Origin: a virus
Lineage: Duplodnaviria; Heunggongvirae; Uroviricota; Caudoviricetes
Direction: 5' to 3' (one strand)
DNA: 41,685 nucleotides
IMG/VR virus record: IMGVR_UViG_2541047729_000013
Position 1 is the stretch's first letter. Each line of letters starts with the position of its first letter. A program made the position numbers and the translations under genes. The notes beneath the pieces were generated by a model that worked only from the letters and a program-made list of their open reading frames with translations, was not told the origin of the DNA and ran no database searches. Of the stretch, positions 35,625 through 41,685 are shown one piece after another.

Positions 35625-36655
35625 GTGAATTATCAATCATCGAAATCACACCAGATATGGCACCAAGAATTTACGTTGAAAAAGGACTAGAAAAGTTTCT
35701 CGAGCAGATCCGCGAAGGTGTTAATGAAGTGCCTGACATTAGCACAGACAAAGGAAGAAAGCGCATTGCATCTCTGGCTGCGAAGGTTTCAAGAAGTAAA
35801 ACAGCGGTAGAAAAACCAGGACGTGATTATCTGAAACGCCTGAAAGAACAGCCGAAAGTAGTTGAAGCAGAGTTGCGACGCTTCGTAACCGAATGCGATC
35901 GGCTTCGTGATGAAGTACGCCGCCCACTCACCGAGTGGGAAAATGCTGAGAAATTACGCACTGAAGCACTGCAACAACGCCTGACAAATTTGCGAGCACT
36001 GGCTGACGTGATCGATCTCTCCGGAAACTACTTGCCATCATCTGATATTCAGGAACGAATTCAAGAGGCTAAATCAGTAGCACTTGATGAAAGTTGGCAG
36101 GAGTACGCAGCAGAAGCTGGAGTAGCCAAGGATTCAACCATCCAGAAACTGGAAGAATCACTCGCAGTAGCTCAAAAACGCGAGCATGAAGCCGCTGAGC
36201 TGGAGCGACTTCGCAAAGAAGCGGAGGAAAAAGCGCGCATTGAGCGAGAAGAGAATATCCGCCGGGAAGCTGCTGAACAGGCCAGGCTCGAAGCTGAACA
36301 AAAAGCGAAAGCTGAAATTGATGCTGCGGCACGCCTGGCGGCGGAAGAAAAAGCACGTGCTGAAGTAGCAGAACGTCAGCGAATTGAAGCAGAGCAGCGT
36401 GCACGACGCGAAAAAGAAGAAGCCGTTGCCGAGGAACGCCGACGCCAAGAGGCGGAAGAAAAAGCCCGCCTTGACGAACAGAAGCGTATCGCCGACGAAG
36501 AAGCGCGCCGAGCTGCAGATAAAGAGCATCGCCGTACCGTTAACCGCAGAGTAATCGCAGATCTGATAGCCCAAGGCATTCCCGAAGAATTCGCGCAGAA
36601 AGCAATGTTGGCTATCGCTGGCGGCAAAGTGCAGGACGCGTATATCAAATATTGA
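35621..36655 (+). CDS. Coiled-coil protein with Glu/Ala/Lys/Arg-rich repeats (DUF1351-like position)
   Basis: 344 aa; central AEEKAR/EAEQ-type repeats; precedes the YqaJ/RecT module. Confidence 0.55.
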   Translation: MSELSIIEITPDMAPRIYVEKGLEKFLEQIREGVNEVPDISTDKGRKRIASLAAKVSRSKTAVEKPGRDYLKRLKEQPKVVEAELRRFVTECDRLRDEVRRPLTEWENAEKLRTEALQQRLTNLRALADVIDLSGNYLPSSDIQERIQEAKSVALDESWQEYAAEAGVAKDSTIQKLEESLAVAQKREHEAAELERLRKEAEEKARIEREENIRREAAEQARLEAEQKAKAEIDAAARLAAEEKARAEVAERQRIEAEQRARREKEEAVAEERRRQEAEEKARLDEQKRIADEEARRAADKEHRRTVNRRVIADLIAQGIPEEFAQKAMLAIAGGKVQDAYIKY

Positions 36656-36662
36656 GGTGGGT

Positions 36663-36962
36663 ATGAACGTTAATCAGCAGAAAAATCTTCAAAAAATCAT
36701 GCTGGCATTCGACAAGGACTACCGCCTGTCAGAACAGCTATATGACCGACAAGTTGAACTGATCGATAGCATCCGGCTTCATCAACTGGCCTCAACTTTT
36801 GACGCTGTAACAGGCAAAGGAGTTCGCCAGGAAGTGCTGGAGGCTGCTAAAGACAGCCCTGAGTTCGAAGAACTGACAGATTCCTACCGGCGCGAGGCAA
36901 TGGCAATTATCGCACGCTGGGATCTGGCGGATCGGATTGATGGGCAGAGGGAAGCGGCATGA
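36663..36962 (+). CDS. Hypothetical early protein
   Basis: RBS GAGGTGGG before ATG at 36663 (track begins at GTG 36657); stop overlaps the exonuclease start. Confidence 0.5.
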   Translation: MNVNQQKNLQKIMLAFDKDYRLSEQLYDRQVELIDSIRLHQLASTFDAVTGKGVRQEVLEAAKDSPEFEELTDSYRREAMAIIARWDLADRIDGQREAA

Positions 36963-37858
36963 TGCAGAACGCTGGAATCATGGATAGAACAAAATACATC
37001 GGAGGAAGCGATGTTGCAGGGATTCTTGGAATTAGCCCATGGCGCACCCCGCTTGAGGTTTATCTGGATAAGGTCCAGCCACGTGTCAAACCAGTAGACC
37101 CAAGCAAGCAGAAAGTTTTCACGCGTGGCCAGCGTATGGAGCCATACGTAATAGACCTGCTTTCTGAGGAAACAGGGATGGAAATCGTTCATCGCGGAAA
37201 CCGCTATATCCACCGTGATTACGATTTTATTGCAGCTGAGATCGATGCAGAAGCAGCGTCAGGCGAGAACATTGAGATCAAAACAGTTAGTCCGTTCAAA
37301 GCCAAAGAATGGGGAGAAATCCAGACAGATGCAATTCCTGTGCATTACACGGCCCAGGCCATGCACGGGTTGATGGTTACAAACAAACAGGTATGCGTTT
37401 TCGGTGTGCTTATCGGTGGCGACGACTTCCGAATCTATCGGGTTGAGCGTGATGAAGAAACTATCCAGGCGATCTTAGAAAAAGAAATCGCTTTCTGGGA
37501 CCGAGTGAAAAATCTTAACCCGCCGGAAGCTACCAGCGTAAGCGATGTATCGCTGATGTTTGAGAAAGATGCCGGGACAAGTATCGAGGCTGACGGAAAG
37601 GCACTCGCACTATTCAACGATCTACGAGACATGAAGTCACGCAGAAAATCACTGGAAGAAGAAATAGCTATATCAGAAGAGAAGCTGAAGATGTACATGC
37701 AAGAGCACTCAGTCCTGACCCTGGACGGAAAGCCGCTCTGCACATGGAAATCTCAGATCAGCAACAGATTCGACCAGAAGCTATTCCAGTCAGTACACCC
37801 TGAGTTATTCGAAAAATTCAAAACAACAACGACACAACGCGTCTTCAGAATGAAGTAA
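36959..37858 (+). CDS. YqaJ-like recombination exonuclease
   Basis: N-terminal motif IGGSDVAGILGISPWRTPLEVY typical of YqaJ/lambda-Exo-type nucleases; directly upstream of RecT. Confidence 0.8.
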   Translation: MMQNAGIMDRTKYIGGSDVAGILGISPWRTPLEVYLDKVQPRVKPVDPSKQKVFTRGQRMEPYVIDLLSEETGMEIVHRGNRYIHRDYDFIAAEIDAEAASGENIEIKTVSPFKAKEWGEIQTDAIPVHYTAQAMHGLMVTNKQVCVFGVLIGGDDFRIYRVERDEETIQAILEKEIAFWDRVKNLNPPEATSVSDVSLMFEKDAGTSIEADGKALALFNDLRDMKSRRKSLEEEIAISEEKLKMYMQEHSVLTLDGKPLCTWKSQISNRFDQKLFQSVHPELFEKFKTTTTQRVFRMK

Positions 37859-37867
37859 GGAGAAAAA

Positions 37868-38890
37868 ATGTCTATCAATGCACTTAAGGCAGCGGCTACC
37901 GGTAACCAAGTTGCACATCATAATGAGAAACTAACAACTCTGGCCGGACTTCTGGCAGACCCAAAAATTAAAGCTCAGATGGCTTTGGCACTTCCAAAGC
38001 ACATGACAGCAGACCGTCTGGCGCGCATAGCAACCACAGAGATCCGAAAGGTTCCAAAACTTGCATCATGCGACCAAGCCAGCTTCCTGGGGGCAATTAT
38101 GCAATGTGCCCAATTGGGTCTTGAACCAGGCGGAGCTCTTGGACACGCTTACCTGATACCGTTCGACAAACGCCAGAAAGTAAATGGAAGATGGGAAACC
38201 GTATCTACAGAAGCACAGCTGATTATCGGCTATCGCGGAATGATTGACCTTGCCCGCCGCTCTGGGCAGATCCTGAGTATCTCGGCTCGTACCGTACATA
38301 CAAACGACAAATTCAGCTACTCATACGGCCTGGAAGAAACGCTCGAGCATTTACCTTGCGAAACAGGTGACCGCGGAGAATTAACGCACGTTTACGCCGT
38401 TGCACGACTGAAAGATGGCGGAGTCCAATTTGAAGTTATGAGCCGGGCAGACATTGAGAAAGTTCGTGCACTGAGCAAAGCCGGTAGCAGTGGCCCATGG
38501 GTTGATCACTTCGATGAGATGGCTAAAAAAACAGTAATTCGCCGACTATTCAAATATCTTCCTGTTTCTATTGAAATGCAGAAGGCTGTTGTTATGGATG
38601 AGCGCGCTGAAGCTGGACTTAGCCAAGATAACGCAGCTGTTATCACTGGTGAATATTCCGTAGTTGACGATGAGCGTCAACACCTGTCGCCAATTTCAGA
38701 TTCAGAACGAGAAGAAGCTCGAGAATATATCATCGCGATACTTAATAGCCTGGATCCATCTGCTGAAGATGCAAAAACGATGTTCAAGCGCGCTGAAAAT
38801 GAGATTAACACCATGGCTGAAAAGCTCGGTGATGAATATCACCAAAAATTCATGATGACGCTTAACGATATGCGTCCAGAATTCGAGTAA
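37868..38890 (+). CDS. recT: RecT-family single-strand annealing protein
   Basis: 340 aa; segments ASFLGAIMQCAQLGLEPGG and LIIGYRGMIDLARRSGQ resemble RecT family; paired with YqaJ exonuclease. Confidence 0.8.
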   Translation: MSINALKAAATGNQVAHHNEKLTTLAGLLADPKIKAQMALALPKHMTADRLARIATTEIRKVPKLASCDQASFLGAIMQCAQLGLEPGGALGHAYLIPFDKRQKVNGRWETVSTEAQLIIGYRGMIDLARRSGQILSISARTVHTNDKFSYSYGLEETLEHLPCETGDRGELTHVYAVARLKDGGVQFEVMSRADIEKVRALSKAGSSGPWVDHFDEMAKKTVIRRLFKYLPVSIEMQKAVVMDERAEAGLSQDNAAVITGEYSVVDDERQHLSPISDSEREEAREYIIAILNSLDPSAEDAKTMFKRAENEINTMAEKLGDEYHQKFMMTLNDMRPEFE

Positions 38891-38939
38891 CCACCACCGC
38901 GGTGCCACACGCGCCGCACTGCAACCAAGAGAGGTATTT

Positions 38940-39188
38940 ATGAAAGGTGCATTAGGTAAGAAGGAACTCCTGGCGGTGGTGCCACTGTCATGGAGCACTA
39001 TCGACCGTATGGAGCGCGCAGGGGAATTTCCTAAACGCTGGTATATCACTGACAAACGCTGCGCATGGAACCGTGACGAAGTTGAGCGTTGGCTTGATGA
39101 ACGTCAGGCAGCAAGCCCGGCAGAGTTCCAGGGTAAAAAACCTCCTGTTCAGCAACGTGTATATCGTCCTGTGAGCAACGCGGCATGA
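38940..39188 (+). CDS. AlpA-family regulator / excisionase-like protein
   Basis: 82 aa; LSWSTIDRMERAGEFPK HTH typical of AlpA-like prophage regulators; RBS GAGAGG. Confidence 0.65.
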   Translation: MKGALGKKELLAVVPLSWSTIDRMERAGEFPKRWYITDKRCAWNRDEVERWLDERQAASPAEFQGKKPPVQQRVYRPVSNAA

Positions 39189-39301
39189 GTGTGCTGCTAA
39201 GGCACTGGAGCAAATGGTCAGGATGGTACTTATTCCTGGCCTCTGTTTCAGCATGGCTTTATCTGCTGGCATTAATTTTCAGAGAGGGTTGGATTAAGTG
39301 A
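39185..39301 (+). CDS. Small hydrophobic peptide (38 aa), translationally coupled
   Basis: ATG overlaps the AlpA-like stop (ATGA) and its TGA overlaps the next GTG start; MSVLLRHWSKWSGWYLFLASVSAWLYLLALIFREGWIK has one predicted transmembrane helix; below track cutoff. Confidence 0.35.
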   Translation: MSVLLRHWSKWSGWYLFLASVSAWLYLLALIFREGWIK

Positions 39302-39597
39302 GAAAGTTAAGCCGACTTGAAAAATATCACATGAACAAGGTTTCAATGCGCAGCCCTTCAAAGGTTGTTGCCGTTACTCCTGCGGCGATAGAGATCGAAA
39401 AACGCGCGATTGAAAGAGAGAAAAAAGGGCAATTCCGCATTGCCGCTCACCTTTGGCTTCAGTGTATGGATGTTGCTTCTGGTGATGTTGAACGTGCAAG
39501 GATCGCGGTTCGCAGGGACCAATGTATCACAAAAGGTAACGGCCTTCGCCGTGGCGACTATAGCGGCATAGGATGTTGTGGGGTGGTTTATGACTAA
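39298..39597 (+). CDS. Hypothetical protein
   Basis: 99-aa ORF from GTG (or ATG near 39331); overlaps the methyltransferase start. Confidence 0.4.
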   Translation: MRKLSRLEKYHMNKVSMRSPSKVVAVTPAAIEIEKRAIEREKKGQFRIAAHLWLQCMDVASGDVERARIAVRRDQCITKGNGLRRGDYSGIGCCGVVYD

Positions 39598-40240
39598 GAA
39601 ATACACACTAATCTATGCAGATCCACCCTGGGTATACCGGGACAAAGCCGCAGATGGTAATCGCGGTGCCGGTTTTAAATATCCGGTTATGAGTGTGCTG
39701 GATATCTGCCGCCTTCCTGTGTGGGATTTGGCCGATGAAAACTGTCTGTTGGCCATGTGGTGGGTGCCAACACAACCACTCGAAGCACTAAAAGTTGTTG
39801 AAGCCTGGGGATTCCGTCTGATGACCATGAAGGGCTTCACGTGGATAAAATGTGGTAGTCGACAACCAGATAAACTGGTTATGGGTATGGGACACATGAC
39901 TCGCGCCAATAGTGAAGATTGCCTGTTTGCGGTAAAGGGAAAACTACCTACGCGCATTAATGCAGGGATCGTTCAGTCATTTACCGCACCGCGGCTTGAG
40001 CATTCAAGAAAGCCAGATATCGTTCGTGAAAAACTTGTGCAATTATTAGGCGATGTTTCTCGCATTGAACTGTTCGCCCGCCAGACGTCTCATGGCTTCG
40101 ATGTTTGGGGTAATCAGTGCGAAGACCCGGCAGTGCAACTACACCCTGGATACGCGTTGGATATTGGCGGATTAACAAATGCATTCAGCAATGCTCCGCT
40201 GTCACCAACAGACAACCAGGGGCGGGAGCGTGCTGCATGA
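39590..40240 (+). CDS. MT-A70-family N6-adenine DNA methyltransferase (orphan)
   Basis: Start at MTKKYTLIYADPPWVY; DPPW catalytic motif; no adjacent restriction-endonuclease-sized gene. Confidence 0.8.
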   Translation: MTKKYTLIYADPPWVYRDKAADGNRGAGFKYPVMSVLDICRLPVWDLADENCLLAMWWVPTQPLEALKVVEAWGFRLMTMKGFTWIKCGSRQPDKLVMGMGHMTRANSEDCLFAVKGKLPTRINAGIVQSFTAPRLEHSRKPDIVREKLVQLLGDVSRIELFARQTSHGFDVWGNQCEDPAVQLHPGYALDIGGLTNAFSNAPLSPTDNQGRERAA

Positions 40241-40431
40241 ACAGGGCATCACCAGCAGATTTAAGAAAATGCCTTGAAACTGCAAACATGCTTGCACACA
40301 GCGGGATCAGGTTTGTTCCAATTCCCGCTGTCACTGATGCTGAATTTGCAACACTGTCAGCAATATTCGAAAACAAAATTGAATCACTGGCAGCAGAAGC
40401 AGAGATGGAAGAAAATCAGCAGAACTATTAA
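40237..40431 (+). CDS. Small protein (DUF1382-like)
   Basis: 64 aa from an ATG overlapping the MTase stop; MNRASPADLRKCLETANMLAHSGIRFVPIP...; family assignment from memory. Confidence 0.45.
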   Translation: MNRASPADLRKCLETANMLAHSGIRFVPIPAVTDAEFATLSAIFENKIESLAAEAEMEENQQNY

Positions 40432-40434
40432 ACG

Positions 40435-41685
40435 TTATTCCCCCGCCATCCACTTCTCAAACTTCGACGGGGAGAACGGAATCAGATCCGTATGCTCCCC
40501 GTCAATCCATGAATCAATCATATCGGCCCACTGCTGCAACATGTAGGCGCGCTGTCTGGCGTATTCCGCTTTGTTATATACGGCGCGCACACCTTTCTGC
40601 TCATGTGCCAGAGCCTTTTCAATCCAGTCTGAAGGATAACCAGCCTCATGCAACAACGTACTGGCTGTACGGCGCATATCATGTACAGTGAAGTCCTGAA
40701 TATGCTCACCATCTTCATTTATTATTTTCACCGTTCTGTCGATCAGAGAGTTCAGCGCGGCATTAGATAATGGCTTCCGGAAATTGTAACGACCAGGAAC
40801 CAGATATTCACTTCCACCAGCGCACATCTGCAACCCGACCAATATATCCTGTGCCTGTTTAGGCAGGTAAATAACGTGCGCCCGGCTTCCCTTCATGCGG
40901 TCTGGAGGAATTGTCCATGTCCATTTTTTAAAATCTATTTCATCCCACGTTGCATTGGTGAATTCGCCCTTACGAACCATAGTGATAAGCACCAGTTTTA
41001 AAGCCATTTTCATAGTGCCCATAGCACCAATGGCATCCAGCGTGCGGAAGAACAGGCCAATTTCTTCTGGTGTCAGTGTTCGCTCTCGTGGTTTAAATAT
41101 GGCGATAGACGAAGGTTTAATGTCAGCCGCAGGATTAAACAAACCATGACCACGGTCATTGGCGTGACGGTATACGCTACTGATGATCTCCCTGGCCTGC
41201 ACTGCTGTTGCCCGGCCACCGCGTTCGACAATCCGGTCACACAAATCACGAACCATCGATGTGGTAATTTCAGCCATCATTTTATTGCCAAGAACCGGAA
41301 GTATGTCACGGTCGATCACCGCCTGTTTCATTGCGCGGGTACTGTCAGCCAGGATGACGTGTTTCATATAACTGTCGGTATGTACCGCAAACGTCTCGGC
41401 ACCACGAATCTTTTTGATACCGTCACGTTTAGCCGCAGCCGGTGACTGGCCTGCTTTAAGCAGCTTCTTTGCAGCAATCAGTTCTTCTCGCGCTTCTGCC
41501 AGGCTGATACCGTCATGCCCATACTGCCCGATTACCAGTGTTTCGCGGCGACCGTTGATACGGTAGTCATAGCGAAACGAGACCGTGCCTGACGTAAGCA
41601 CAGCTACATACAGCCCGTCACGATCGGAGACCTTGTACAGTTTGTCCTGCGGCTTGAGGTTTTTTAATTTTGTATCGGTAAGCAC
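40435..41685 (-). CDS. int: Tyrosine integrase, P4-like; N-terminus at window edge
   Basis: N-terminus LTDTKLKNLKPQDKLYKVSDRDGLYVAV typical of P4-type integrases; catalytic-region residues (HDMRRTASTLL, ALAH, VRAVYNKAEY); first codon in window is GTG at 41683-41685, so the true start may lie outside. Confidence 0.85.
   Translation of the reverse strand: MLTDTKLKNLKPQDKLYKVSDRDGLYVAVLTSGTVSFRYDYRINGRRETLVIGQYGHDGISLAEAREELIAAKKLLKAGQSPAAAKRDGIKKIRGAETFAVHTDSYMKHVILADSTRAMKQAVIDRDILPVLGNKMMAEITTSMVRDLCDRIVERGGRATAVQAREIISSVYRHANDRGHGLFNPAADIKPSSIAIFKPRERTLTPEEIGLFFRTLDAIGAMGTMKMALKLVLITMVRKGEFTNATWDEIDFKKWTWTIPPDRMKGSRAHVIYLPKQAQDILVGLQMCAGGSEYLVPGRYNFRKPLSNAALNSLIDRTVKIINEDGEHIQDFTVHDMRRTASTLLHEAGYPSDWIEKALAHEQKGVRAVYNKAEYARQRAYMLQQWADMIDSWIDGEHTDLIPFSPSKFEKWMAGE

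Larger units (their letters stand above)
1100..41685. mobile_element. Temperate prophage: lambdoid early region plus podovirus-like virion module; right end beyond window
   Basis: Contiguous phage functions from the lysis cassette to the integrase; left boundary placed near the bidirectional terminator at 1111-1141 by gene content only; att sites not identifiable without the right flank. Confidence 0.75.

Noticed and set aside
39590-40240. Methyltransferase as part of a restriction-modification system
   Set aside because: Flanking genes are 38-99 aa and lack nuclease motifs; MT-A70 enzymes in prophages are typically orphan.
1-41685. CRISPR arrays, Cas genes, reverse transcriptase/retron, restriction endonuclease or other large multi-domain defence genes
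   Set aside because: No regularly spaced direct repeats and no ORF with recognisable Cas, RT, helicase-nuclease or REase motifs were seen. The MT-A70 methyltransferase has no endonuclease-sized neighbour.

Overview
The window is essentially one near-complete temperate prophage (about 1.1 kb to the right edge at 41685) with a short host flank at 1-1071 (two secreted/lipoprotein genes and a bidirectional terminator). The right end carries a P4-type tyrosine integrase that runs to the window edge, so the attachment site lies outside the window. The genome is mosaic. The early region (29.6-41.7 kb) is lambdoid: CI-like repressor without an S24 autocleavage domain, divergent Cro-like gene, O/P-like replication genes, YqaJ exonuclease plus RecT, AlpA-like regulator, MT-A70 methyltransferase. 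The morphogenesis block (10.9-29.6 kb, minus strand) has a T7/podovirus-like order: TerS, TerL, portal, scaffold, capsid, tubular proteins, three internal-core proteins, then a 1039-aa tailspike and a lysis cassette (holin candidates, GH19 endolysin, Rz with embedded Rz1). A phage tRNA-Arg(UCU) sits on the opposite strand between TerL and portal. The most interesting part is a 4.4-kb accessory island (6.57-10.96 kb) inserted between the last internal-core gene and the tailspike. It holds a LexA-box-controlled small protein paralogous to the C-terminal domain of a neighbouring Bro-N antirepressor, a YafO-like toxin gene overlapping an uncharacterised upstream partner, a structured RNA with terminator in the Bro-N leader, an orphan 210-aa protein, and two secreted proteins. 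A 17-bp palindrome ATTACC-N5-GGTAAT recurs in the immunity region and in front of several accessory genes. All protein identifications rest on recalled motifs and gene order, not on database searches; hand-counted motif coordinates are accurate to about +/-2 nt.
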